A stretch of DNA of 49,520 nucleotides. Source: an uncultured Elusimicrobia bacterium (GTDB lineage: Bacteria; Elusimicrobiota; Endomicrobiia; Endomicrobiales; Endomicrobiaceae). Under the pieces are notes generated by a model. The model had not been told where the DNA came from. It made no database searches and saw nothing but the letters and a program-made list of their open reading frames with translations. Below, piece by piece: positions 18,169 to 27,299 of the stretch (the stretch's first letter is position 1; each line of letters begins with the position of its first letter). The DNA lies in assembly GCA_947168325.1 (NCBI GenBank), contig CAMVLN010000001.1, positions 1-49,520 on the forward strand, written 5' to 3'. The position numbers and the translations under genes are program-made.

Positions 18169-18717
18169 TTATTTTTTAAAATATCTTTTTAAAAGGCCAT
18201 CAAAACCCTTACCGTGTCTTGCTTCATCTTTTGCCATTTCATGAACCGTATCATGAATTGCATCATAACCTAATTTCTTAGCTTTTAGTGCTATATCCAT
18301 TTTACCTTGACAAGCACCATGTTCTGCAGTTGCTCTAAGCTCAAGATTTTTTTGTGTTGAAGAGGTAACTACTTCACCTAAAAGTTCTGCAAATTTTGCA
18401 GCATGTTCTGCTTCTTCGTAAGCATATCTTCTATATGCTTGGGCTATTTCTGGATATCCTTCTCTTTCTGCCACTCTGCTCATTGCTAAATACATTCCAA
18501 CTTCTATACATTCTCCGTTGAAATTTGCTCTTAATCCTTCCACAATTTCTTTGTCTTCTACAATACCATCACCAATTTTATGTTCTGTAGCATAAGTTTT
18601 TTTCCCCTCAACTACCTCTTCTAAAGATTCTGCTTTTGCACCACAAATAGGGCATTTTTCCGGTTTTGTTGAAACATCCTCACTTACCCAACCACAAACT
18701 TTGCATCTATATTTCAT
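18169..18717 (-). CDS. Reverse rubrerythrin (N-terminal rubredoxin-like domain plus C-terminal diiron four-helix bundle)
   Basis: CKVCGW...CPICGA at the N-terminus. ExxH diiron motifs EEAEH and DEARH in the C-terminal ferritin-like domain. Confidence 0.85.
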   Translation of the reverse strand: MKYRCKVCGWVSEDVSTKPEKCPICGAKAESLEEVVEGKKTYATEHKIGDGIVEDKEIVEGLRANFNGECIEVGMYLAMSRVAEREGYPEIAQAYRRYAYEEAEHAAKFAELLGEVVTSSTQKNLELRATAEHGACQGKMDIALKAKKLGYDAIHDTVHEMAKDEARHGKGFDGLLKRYFKK

Positions 18718-18864
18718 TTTTCCCCCTTTTTAATTCCTACTGTTCTAATTTTTCACAAATCTAATTTTCTCAAAAAACTCAACTTTTAATTATATTTTCT
18801 AATTTTATATTTTTTTCTTCAATACATATATATTTACATACTTTAAAATTTATAAAGTAAGTTT

Positions 18865-19440
18865 TTAATAATTTTCTACAAACAATTCTTGATATGCTTT
18901 TGGATGTGCACATGCAGGACATTCATCTAGAGCTTCTATAGATTCATAAACATATCCACAATTTCTACATTTCCACATTACTTTACCATCTTTTTTAAAC
19001 ACTTTTTCATACTTAATATTTTCTAAAAGTTTTCTATATCTTTTTTCATGTGCTTTTTCTGCTATGGCAATATATTCAAAAGTATCAGCTATTTCTTGAA
19101 ACCCTTCTTCTTTAGCAACTTTTGCAAATTCTGGATATAATTTTGTCCATTCTTCATTTTCACCATTTGCTGATGCTTGTAAATTTTGAACTGTTGTACC
19201 TATTTTACCTGCAGGGAAAGTTGCTGTAATTTCTATATCTCCACCTTCTAAAAATTTAAAGAATTTCTTTGCATGCTCTTTTTCATTATCTGCTGTTTCT
19301 GTAAAAAAGCCTGAAATTTGTTCATAACCTTCTTTCTTAGCTACTGAAGCAAAATATGTATATCTATTCCTTGCTTGAGATTCTCCTGCAAAAGATTTCA
19401 ACAAATTTTGCTCTGTTTTTGTTCCTTTTAAACTTTTCAT
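18865..19440 (-). CDS. rbr: Rubrerythrin (classical domain order)
   Basis: TEQNLLKSFAGESQARNRY, EKEH and EKAHEKRY diiron motifs. C-terminal rubredoxin-like CRNCGY...CPACAHP. Confidence 0.95.
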   Translation of the reverse strand: MKSLKGTKTEQNLLKSFAGESQARNRYTYFASVAKKEGYEQISGFFTETADNEKEHAKKFFKFLEGGDIEITATFPAGKIGTTVQNLQASANGENEEWTKLYPEFAKVAKEEGFQEIADTFEYIAIAEKAHEKRYRKLLENIKYEKVFKKDGKVMWKCRNCGYVYESIEALDECPACAHPKAYQELFVENY

Positions 19441-19556
19441 TTTTGTTCTCCATTATTTTTTATAAATTTATGTTCAACAACTTTATTTTGATAGCAAGGA
19501 ATAGTTTTTTTCAATTCCTCTTTTTTCTATCCATCTACTTCCTCATTGCTATTGTT

Positions 19557-19991
19557 CTATATACTTGTTATCCAACTCCCATGAATATTACATTGTGCAA
19601 CAACTGATATATTTTTACTATCTGTCTTTACCTTTATGTTCGTTTCTGGTTTCAAATCTTTAGTTAACAATGTCATAGATACCAATTCATTATCAATATA
19701 AATACTTATTTTTGATATAAAATGTTCTTTTACCATAGGATGTTCTATTTCTCCTACTGTTACATAAATATTTTTATATCCATTTTCTATATCAACAATT
19801 TTTACAACGGGCAAATGTTTTTTTTCTGTCTCACCACTAACTGCAACATCTTCTTTTGTATGTAAAGCATTTTCTTTTTCATCAAATAATTTAAAAATTT
19901 TTGTACCAGAACAACAACTAGGGCAAACATCAGGAATACTTTTTGTTAAAAGAATATGTCCACAAACAGAACATACTAATGCTTTTTTCAT
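19557..19991 (-). CDS. dfx: Desulfoferrodoxin-type superoxide reductase (2Fe-SOR)
   Basis: N-terminal desulforedoxin-like CSVCGH...CPSCC. SOR centre residues EKKHLPV, EHPMVKEHFI, CNIHGSW. Confidence 0.85.
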   Translation of the reverse strand: MKKALVCSVCGHILLTKSIPDVCPSCCSGTKIFKLFDEKENALHTKEDVAVSGETEKKHLPVVKIVDIENGYKNIYVTVGEIEHPMVKEHFISKISIYIDNELVSMTLLTKDLKPETNIKVKTDSKNISVVAQCNIHGSWITSI

Positions 19992-20059
19992 AAAAACCGT
20001 CCTATTAATTTTAGTTTACATATATGCCTATTTACTATAATTTTATAATTTGTTGTTTA

Positions 20060-21256
20060 TTAATAGCAATGTTCTAACAATGCTTTAGAAAGTTTTTCCC
20101 CTGCTTGATAACATTTTTCTATCTCTTCTTTGTTTGGTTTGAATTTTGCACTTATTTGATCTATCACTTCTATACCAAAAGAAGATAAATTTGTTGCAAT
20201 TTCTTTAACTGCTCCACCTGCCCAACCAAACGAGCCAAAAGATACTGCAATTCTATTTTTAGGTTTCATACCTTTTAAGAAATGCATATATCCTGCAATG
20301 TATGCAAGCATTTCATTGTCGTGTGTAGAAGAACCTATAACAAAAGCTTTTGCTTCTAACATTTCATAAGCAACTTCTGCAAAATCTGTTTTTGCTATAT
20401 CAAACATTTTCACTTCTATATTATTGTTAGTTAAAGCTCTAACAATTTCTCTTGCCATTATTTGTGTTGAGCCCCACATAGTTTCATAAACAACAACAAC
20501 TTTATTTTTTACTTCATTTTTTGTCCATGACAAATATTTTTCTATTACTTTATTTATATTGTTTCTCCATACAAGTCCATGACTTGGAGCAACAAAATCT
20601 ATAGGAAGATTCATTGTTAAAAGATTATTTACACTTTTTTCTATCATTGTTCCCAAAGGCCATAATATATTTGCATAATATTTTGCAACTTCTTGCCATA
20701 AAATATCTTGTCCTATTTCATCTGTAAAAGTTTTATTAGTTGCAATATGTTGCCCGAAAGCATCATTTGAAAATAAAATCTTTTTTTCAGGACAATATGT
20801 TATCATGCTATCAGGCCAATGAACCATAGGGACTTCAACAAATGTTAAAGTATTGTTGCCTAGATTGATTTTATCTCCTGTTTTAACAACATTTATTTCT
20901 ATATTTAAATCATAATATTTTAAAAGGCCTTCCTTCAATTTTGCTGTTCCATAAAATTTTGCATTTTTTAAAACTTTTGCCATATATTCTATTGCACCAC
21001 TATGATCTGGTTCAAGATGATTTAATATCACATGTTTTATTTTTTCTGGACTGATGATCTCTAAAATATTTTTTATAAATTCATCTTCAAAACCTTTATG
21101 AACAACATCTATTAAAGCTGGTTCTTTGTCATTAATTAAATAAGAATTATATGTAACCCCATTTTTTGTAATAAATGTATTACCATGAAAATTTCTCATA
21201 TTCCAATCTATTACACCAACCGAAAACACATCTTTTGTTATTTGTTTCATATTCAT
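20060..21256 (-). CDS. Flavodiiron protein (FprA / rubredoxin:oxygen oxidoreductase type)
   Basis: Metallo-beta-lactamase-like HLEPDHSG (HxExDH) motif. C-terminal flavodoxin domain (VVVVYETMWGSTQ...). Confidence 0.9.
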   Translation of the reverse strand: MNMKQITKDVFSVGVIDWNMRNFHGNTFITKNGVTYNSYLINDKEPALIDVVHKGFEDEFIKNILEIISPEKIKHVILNHLEPDHSGAIEYMAKVLKNAKFYGTAKLKEGLLKYYDLNIEINVVKTGDKINLGNNTLTFVEVPMVHWPDSMITYCPEKKILFSNDAFGQHIATNKTFTDEIGQDILWQEVAKYYANILWPLGTMIEKSVNNLLTMNLPIDFVAPSHGLVWRNNINKVIEKYLSWTKNEVKNKVVVVYETMWGSTQIMAREIVRALTNNNIEVKMFDIAKTDFAEVAYEMLEAKAFVIGSSTHDNEMLAYIAGYMHFLKGMKPKNRIAVSFGSFGWAGGAVKEIATNLSSFGIEVIDQISAKFKPNKEEIEKCYQAGEKLSKALLEHCY

Positions 21257-21423
21257 TATCCTTTACTTTACTATGAATTGATTATGTAAATAAATTTTTA
21301 ATTTATAGTTAAAAACAAAAACTTACTTAATGTATTAGTAATCTTTTTACTAATTTTATCTTTTAAATTTAAAAAACAAATTAAAGTTATTAACTGCCAT
21401 CAATTAGCAACTACATAAATCTA

Positions 21424-21810
21424 TCAACTGCTCTTACTGTGAACTCTTTTTTTATAATCTTCAATTGCTTTGTGTAGGGCATCTGCTCCTAAATTAGAAC
21501 AATGCAATTTATTTGGAGGAAGACCACCTAACTCTTTAGCAACTGCATCATTTGTTATTGCAAGTGCTTCTTCAATAGTTTTGCCTATTGCCATTTCAGA
21601 TACCATTGAAGATACTGCTATTGCCGCACCACAACCGAAAGTTTTAAACTTAACATCTTTTATAATATTGTTTTCTACTTTTATATAAAATTTCATCATA
21701 TCACCGCATACAGGATTACCAATTTCACCTATTCCTGATGCATCTTTTATTTCACCTACATTTCTTGGATTAGAGAAATGATCCATTACTTTCTCTGAAT
21801 AAAAAGCCAT
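21424..21810 (-). CDS. nifU: Fe-S cluster assembly scaffold, NifU N-terminal / IscU type
   Basis: GNPVCGDMM, FGCGAAIA and HCSNLGADAL provide the three conserved scaffold cysteines. SD GGAGG. Confidence 0.9.
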   Translation of the reverse strand: MAFYSEKVMDHFSNPRNVGEIKDASGIGEIGNPVCGDMMKFYIKVENNIIKDVKFKTFGCGAAIAVSSMVSEMAIGKTIEEALAITNDAVAKELGGLPPNKLHCSNLGADALHKAIEDYKKRVHSKSS

Positions 21811-21845
21811 TTTACTACAACCTCCATATTAACACCGTTTGTTAT

Positions 21846-21874
21846 ATTATATTTCTTTTAAATTTAGCTTGTAA
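21846..21874 (-). promoter_or_regulatory. Candidate promoter for nifU inside the nifS-nifU spacer
   Basis: On the minus strand: TTACAA (21874-21869), a 17-nt spacer, then TATAAT (21851-21846), about 35 nt upstream of the nifU ATG. Confidence 0.45.
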
Positions 21875-22109
21875 CTGATAATAAAACTTTTAAAAATTCT
21901 TGTCTACCAGATTTTAAAAAACATTTTGTTGTTTTAACTTCTATGTTACCAACTGATAACAAAAGTTTTTTTAGTTAATGAATTTTAGTATTATTATCTT
22001 ATAAATTTTTCCTTTACCCAAAAAATTTTTATTTATTTGTTAGTAAGATTGATATAAGTCCTAATTGTTTTTTACTATTTAAAAAAATATATAATGTAAA
22101 CCTTTAATC

Positions 22110-23339
22110 TTATAAGTGACAATGATTGTGCTCGTAATCTGTTCCAGGTCCCGCTTTTAGTCTTTTACCTGTTTCAACAAAGTGAGAATATAGTGGAGAC
22201 ATACTTCTTAATTTTTTAACTATTGCTGGAAACTCTGCTATAACATAATCAATTTCTTCTTCAGTATTGTATTTTGATAAAGTAAATACTATAGAACCTT
22301 GCCCTACTGCAACATCTACATTAAGTGCAGTTAATACATGAGAAATTTTTAAAGATTTATTTGCACAAGCAGAACCGCTAGAAGCCATAATTCCTTTAGC
22401 ATCCAATAAAAGAAATAGAGATTCTCCTTCTACAAACTCTATAGAAAAATTTACATTTGTAGGTAACCTATTTTCTATAGGACCATTAAGATATATATAT
22501 TCTATATTACTTTTTAAACCTTCAATAAGTTTATCTCTTAAATTAATTATTTTTTCATAGTTTTTGTTTATTTCACTCATAGCTAAATCACAAGCTACCC
22601 CAAAACCAACTATTGCTGGAACATTTTCTGTTCCAGCTCTTTTATTAAACTCTTGAACTCCGCCATCAATTTGAGGTTTTATATATATACCTTTTTTTAT
22701 GTACAAAGCTGCTACACCTTTTGGACCATAAATTACAGAGCTTGCAAGAGTCAACATATCTATTTTTGATTCTGCAACATTTATAGGAATTACTCCTGCT
22801 GCAACAACCGCATCAACATGAAAAACAATATTCTTTTCTTTAACTATTTTAGATATTTCATCAATATTTTGTATAGTTCCAACTTCTGTATTTGCATATT
22901 GAATAGATACTAAAATTGTATCTTGCCTAATAGCTTTTTTAAGTTCATCCAACAACAAAAAACCTTTGTCATCTACTGGAATATAAGTTATTTCAAAGCC
23001 ATCTTTCTGTAAAGATTTTACTGCATTTAAAATAGAAAAATGTTCTATTTGAGATACAATAATATGTTTACCTTTGTTAGAATTTGCATAAGCAAATCCT
23101 TTTATAGCAAGATTATTTGATTCTGAACCACAAGAAGTAAAAATAATTTCATCAGGTTTAGAATTTATTAATTTTGATACTGAAAGTCTTGCTTGTTCTA
23201 TTGCATCTTTAGAAATTTGCCCTAAAGAATAAATACTTTGAGGATTTCCATAATACTGTTTCATATAAGGAAGCATAGCATTAAATACTATGTCATCCAT
23301 TTGTGTATTTGACTGATTATCCAAGTATACTTGTTTCAT
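22110..23339 (-). CDS. nifS: Cysteine desulfurase (NifS/IscS class)
   Basis: PLP-fold pattern. Active-site loop SSGSACA. HVDAV... lysine region. Unusual tail ...GPGTDYEHNHCHL. Confidence 0.9.
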   Translation of the reverse strand: MKQVYLDNQSNTQMDDIVFNAMLPYMKQYYGNPQSIYSLGQISKDAIEQARLSVSKLINSKPDEIIFTSCGSESNNLAIKGFAYANSNKGKHIIVSQIEHFSILNAVKSLQKDGFEITYIPVDDKGFLLLDELKKAIRQDTILVSIQYANTEVGTIQNIDEISKIVKEKNIVFHVDAVVAAGVIPINVAESKIDMLTLASSVIYGPKGVAALYIKKGIYIKPQIDGGVQEFNKRAGTENVPAIVGFGVACDLAMSEINKNYEKIINLRDKLIEGLKSNIEYIYLNGPIENRLPTNVNFSIEFVEGESLFLLLDAKGIMASSGSACANKSLKISHVLTALNVDVAVGQGSIVFTLSKYNTEEEIDYVIAEFPAIVKKLRSMSPLYSHFVETGKRLKAGPGTDYEHNHCHL

Positions 23340-23341
23340 AA

Positions 23342-23500
23342 TTACATTTTCTCAAAATTTTCTTTTCCAACCTGACAAACTGGGCATACCCAATTATCAG
23401 GTAATTTTTCAAATGGTGTCCCTGCAGGAATACCATTTTCTGGATCACCTTTTGCTGGATCGTACTCATACCCACAAACATTACATTTAAATTTTTCCAT
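23342..23500 (-). CDS. Rubredoxin (52 aa, absent from the ORF track because it is under 60 aa)
   Basis: My translation of the minus strand: [52 protein letters not shown]. It has the two CxxCG / CPxC knuckles and GTPFE/LPDxWxCP. SD AAGGAGA lies 6 nt before the ATG. The stop is 2 nt before the nifS ATG. Confidence 0.9.
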   Translation of the reverse strand: MEKFKCNVCGYEYDPAKGDPENGIPAGTPFEKLPDNWVCPVCQVGKENFEKM

Positions 23501-24117
23501 TTTTTATCTCCTTAAATTTTTTTACAATTTACAAGTTATAGTTTAAATTTTAATATTAATCTATACCATAATCCCTATTTTTTCATAGAATAGACTGCCT
23601 AATCTATGTTCTTTTTTATTTGTAAACATTATATACTTGGATTATATACAAATAAAAAGAATCTATCAAGATAATGTTTATTTCTTTACTCTACTATTTT
23701 GTTCCTTTTTGAGCTCCATCCTTACTTCTTTTTACTAGTAAATCCATTTTTATTATTTATTAGCTTTTTTACTTATTGGAGTCTATTTTGTGTTCAAACT
23801 TTTACAGTGCCTAGTTAAATTCAAAATAGATATGTCTTTTTTGATAAAAAAAGGATGAAGAAAAAAAAGAAAAAGATAAGCAAACAAAAGATAGCATTAA
23901 ATTTGAAAGGAATAAAAACTATTCAAAAAGAATATTATTTGCCAAATTATGCCAATTTAATAACAAAAATTTATAAAAATATTAAAAATATTTGCAAAAC
24001 AAATTCAAAATCTTTATAATTTTGTTAGGCTTCATAAAAATCTTAATTTCAATATTAATTCCAATAATAGATTATTTTCACCTGTGGAGTTTTCATCTCT
24101 CAAAAACGGACAAAGGT

Positions 24118-24145
24118 CTTTAACCCTAACTCTTTAACCCTAACA
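24118..24145 (+). repeat. Tandem 14-bp direct repeat CTTTAACCCTAACT x2
   Basis: Sequence ctttaaccctaact ctttaaccctaaca. The 11-mer TTAACCCTAAC recurs at 49100-49110. Confidence 0.6.
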
Positions 24146-24306
24146 TAATGTTTAATGTTTACTTGGAAAAAATAATTTGATAGAATACCAAGATAGATTT
24201 TGTTTTTTATTTAAACTATAATATTTTATATATGATTATTACATGTATAATATAACAATAGCAAGTGTTTTAATTTACAATATGTATGTTTTTTATAGGA
24301 GGAAAA

Positions 24307-24567
24307 ATGGCATTTGAGAAAAAAGCAGTATTAGAAAAATTTAAAAAGCATGAAACTGATACAGGATCACCTGAAGTTCAAGTTGCATTGCTTACAACAA
24401 GGATTAATTATTTGGCAGAGCATTTTAAAAAATTTCCTAAAGATTTTGCATCTAGAATAGGTTTTTTAAAAATGATTGGTAAAAGAAGAAGACTACTTGA
24501 TTATTTGAAAAAATCAGATAAGAATGCATATAGTGATATTTTAAAAAAACTAGGTTTAAGAAAGTAA
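24307..24567 (+). CDS. rpsO: 30S ribosomal protein S15
   Basis: [41 protein letters not shown]...[20 protein letters not shown] lies before the ATG at 24307; the track start at 24286 is an upstream extension. Confidence 0.95.
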   Translation: MAFEKKAVLEKFKKHETDTGSPEVQVALLTTRINYLAEHFKKFPKDFASRIGFLKMIGKRRRLLDYLKKSDKNAYSDILKKLGLRK

Positions 24568-24574
24568 AAAATAA

Positions 24575-24660
24575 GTCCGTCATAAACACAAAGGATACAT
24601 TCAGTTTCATATTATGCAAATGAAGTTGTGTGAATCTTTTGTGTGATGTTTATGGGCGGG
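24575..24660 (+). promoter_or_regulatory. Long imperfect stem-loop in the rpsO-pnp spacer (pnp leader)
   Basis: CCGTCATAAACACAAAGGA (24577-24595) can pair with TCTTTTGTGTGATGTTTATGGGCGG (24635-24659). It sits just before the pnp SD. Confidence 0.5.
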
Positions 24661-24674
24661 CTAACGAGGGAAAA

Positions 24675-26735
24675 ATGGAATTGATAAAAACATCAGTGAC
24701 TGTTGCAGGTAAAGAGATTTTTATTGAGTCTGGTAAACTTGCAAAACAAGCCAATGGTGCTTGTGTTATAAGGGTTGGCGATACAATGGTTTTAGTTACA
24801 GCTGTTGCAACATCAACACCGAAAGAAGGAACAGATTTTATGCCTTTAACAGTTGATTATAAAGAAAGGGCATATTCAGCAGGAAGATTTCCAGGTGGTT
24901 TTTTCAAAAGGGAAGCCAAACCGAAAGAAAGTGAAATACTTACAAGTAGGCTTATAGATAGAAGCATCAGACCATTGTTTTCTGAATTTTATAGAAATGA
25001 TACACAAGTCGTAGCAATGGTTATTTCTCATGATGGTGAAAATCCAGCGGATATTATAAGTATAATTGGTGCTTCAGTGGCATTACATCTTTCAAATATT
25101 CCTTTACAAAAAGATATAGCTTCAGTAAGAATTGGAAGAATAAATAGCAAATTTATTGTTAATCCAACATTGTCTCAAATACCACAATGTGATTTGAATT
25201 TAGTTGTTAGTGGAACAGAAGAAGCTTTAACAATGGTTGAATCTGGTTCTTGTGAACTTTCAGAACAAGAAATGTTGGAAGCTTTAAATCTTGCAAAGGA
25301 AGAAATTAGTAAGATTTGTAAATTTATAAAAAATCTTCCTACTAAAGAAAAGTTAGCGGTGGTAGAACCAGTTATAGATGCAAACTTAAAAGCAGAAATA
25401 GAAATGGATACTTTGCCCAAAGCACAAGAATGTGTAACTATAAAAGACAAATTAACTAGAGAAGTTTCATGGGCAAAATTTAAAGCTGATATGCAAACAA
25501 AATTTGCCCAAAAATACCCCGAGCAATCTGCAATAATAGATTTTATTATGGAAGATATTTTTTATAAAGAAGCAAGAAAGCTAGTTTTGACAAAAAATAT
25601 TAGAACAGATGGTAGAGCATTAACTGAAATTAGACCTATTACATGTGAGGTTGGTTATTTGCCAAGAGCTCACGGTAGTGCAATATTTACAAGAGGGCAA
25701 ACACAATCTTTAGCAACTGTCACATTAGGTAGCCCTGAAGATAAACAAGTTATGGATGAGTTAACAGGAGAATATAAAGAACGCTTCTTACTACATTATA
25801 ATTTTCCTGGATATGCAACAGGTGAAGCAAAACCTGATAGATCTCCAGGAAGAAGAGAAATTGGACATGGTAATTTAGCAAGAAGAGGCTTGAAACCTAT
25901 TCTTCCCGATGAAAAAGATTTCCCTTATGCAATAAGAATAGTATCAGATATTACAGAATCAAATGGTTCTTCTTCTATGGCATCAGTTTGTGGTGGCTGT
26001 TTAGCATTGCTTGATGCTGGGGTTCCTATCAAGGCAACTTGTGCAGGTATAGCTATGGGACTTATGAAAGAAGGCGATAACTATGTTATTTTAACAGATA
26101 TTATGGGAATGGAAGATCATTTAGGAGATATGGATTTTAAAGTTGTGGGTACTAGAAAAGGTATTACAGCTTTACAGATGGATATAAAAATTGATGGTCT
26201 TACAACAGAAATTATGGCAAAGGCTCTTGAACAGGCAAGAGTTGGAAGATTAGAAATTATTGATAAAATAGAAGCTACTATTTCACAACCAAGACCTGAA
26301 CTTTCAAAATATGCTCCTAGGATGGTATCTATTTCGATTCCTGTAAGTAAAATTGGTTCATTGATTGGGTCTGGTGGAAAAAATATTAAAAATATTCAAG
26401 AAACAACCGGTGCTGACATATCAGTGGAGGAAGATGGAACAGTATTTGTTTCAAGTTCTGATGCCAAAGCTCTAGAAATAGCAAAAAATATGATAGAAGG
26501 TTTTACTGCAGAAGTTGAGGTTGGTAAAGAATATAAAGGTAAAGTTACTAGAATTATGAATTTTGGAGCTTTTGTTGAAATTCTTCCTGGGAAAGAAGGA
26601 CTTGTGCATATTTCAAAACTTTCAAATAAAAGAGTTAAAAAAGTTGAAGATGTAGTTAGTGTAGGTGAAGAAATAATTGTTAAGGTTGATGAGATAGATA
26701 AACAAGGTAGAATAAATTTAATTAAAACTATTTAG
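24675..26735 (+). CDS. pnp: Polyribonucleotide nucleotidyltransferase (PNPase)
   Basis: Two RNase PH domains, then KH (GSGGKNIKNIQE) and S1 (GKVTRIMNFGAFVEILPGKEGLVHIS) domains. Start at the ATG at 24675, with GAGGGA as SD. Confidence 0.95.
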   Translation: MELIKTSVTVAGKEIFIESGKLAKQANGACVIRVGDTMVLVTAVATSTPKEGTDFMPLTVDYKERAYSAGRFPGGFFKREAKPKESEILTSRLIDRSIRPLFSEFYRNDTQVVAMVISHDGENPADIISIIGASVALHLSNIPLQKDIASVRIGRINSKFIVNPTLSQIPQCDLNLVVSGTEEALTMVESGSCELSEQEMLEALNLAKEEISKICKFIKNLPTKEKLAVVEPVIDANLKAEIEMDTLPKAQECVTIKDKLTREVSWAKFKADMQTKFAQKYPEQSAIIDFIMEDIFYKEARKLVLTKNIRTDGRALTEIRPITCEVGYLPRAHGSAIFTRGQTQSLATVTLGSPEDKQVMDELTGEYKERFLLHYNFPGYATGEAKPDRSPGRREIGHGNLARRGLKPILPDEKDFPYAIRIVSDITESNGSSSMASVCGGCLALLDAGVPIKATCAGIAMGLMKEGDNYVILTDIMGMEDHLGDMDFKVVGTRKGITALQMDIKIDGLTTEIMAKALEQARVGRLEIIDKIEATISQPRPELSKYAPRMVSISIPVSKIGSLIGSGGKNIKNIQETTGADISVEEDGTVFVSSSDAKALEIAKNMIEGFTAEVEVGKEYKGKVTRIMNFGAFVEILPGKEGLVHISKLSNKRVKKVEDVVSVGEEIIVKVDEIDKQGRINLIKTI

Positions 26736-26754
26736 CTACAAAGGTACTTAATTT

Positions 26755-27216
26755 ATGAATTCTAAAGGAAATATGTTAGATGAAAAAGTAAAATCTCTAT
26801 ATAAAGTAATGAAGGAAGAGAAAGTTGAAGAAATCAAAATTAGTTCTAAAAATATGAAGTTGCATATTAGAAGGAAAAGTTATTCTAAACATCAAACACA
26901 AAAAAATTCTGTACCTACTAATATAATACAACAAGACGAAGATGCTGTTTCTTCAAGAGAAATAAGTTTTGATAATAACAACACTATAAAGTCACCTATA
27001 ACTGGTGTTTTTTATAGGTCATCTTCTCCTACATCTGCTATGTTTGTAAAAGAAGGAGATGTTGTAAATGTTGGTAGTACTTTGTGCATAATTGAAGCTA
27101 TGAAAGTTATGAATGAAATAAAAGCTACAGATAAAGTAAAAATTATAAAAATTTTAATAGAAAATGGTCAATCAGTAAATAGTCAACAAGATTTGTTTAT
27201 TGTAGAAAAAATATGA
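26755..27216 (+). CDS. accB: Biotin carboxyl carrier protein (AccB-like)
   Basis: C-terminal biotinyl domain with CIIEAMKVMNEI (EAMK biotinylation motif). AccB-like N-terminal segment. Confidence 0.8.
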   Translation: MNSKGNMLDEKVKSLYKVMKEEKVEEIKISSKNMKLHIRRKSYSKHQTQKNSVPTNIIQQDEDAVSSREISFDNNNTIKSPITGVFYRSSSPTSAMFVKEGDVVNVGSTLCIIEAMKVMNEIKATDKVKIIKILIENGQSVNSQQDLFIVEKI

Positions 27217-27299
27217 TTTTTGAAGGGCAAGCAAATAAATAATCTTAATATAATGACCTTTTAGTAGAGAAGATATAATTTGAGGGTTAGTGAGTTCTC

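Noticed and set aside
20010-20040. PerR/Fur-type box upstream of dfx (TATAATTTTATAAT)
   Set aside because: It is a direct repeat of a -10-like hexamer, not the 7-1-7 inverted repeat required for Fur-family binding. It is indistinguishable from AT-rich background.
23855-24019. 54-aa Lys-rich ORF (MKKKKKKISKQK...)
   Set aside because: The only purine-rich SD-like sequence abuts the ATG with no spacing. The sequence is low complexity and no recognisable motif is present.
24118-24145. Telomere-like CCCTAA units, or a mini CRISPR
   Set aside because: There are only two contiguous 14-bp copies with no spacers and no cas genes. The resemblance to TTAGGG-type repeats is a short coincidence. It is kept only as a dispersed-motif observation.
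23509-24306. Chromosomal replication origin in the long AT-rich divergent spacer
   Set aside because: There are no clustered DnaA boxes, only one partial TGTGGAG. No dnaA/dnaN is nearby. Gene orientation to the right of the spacer alternates rather than showing a sustained strand switch.
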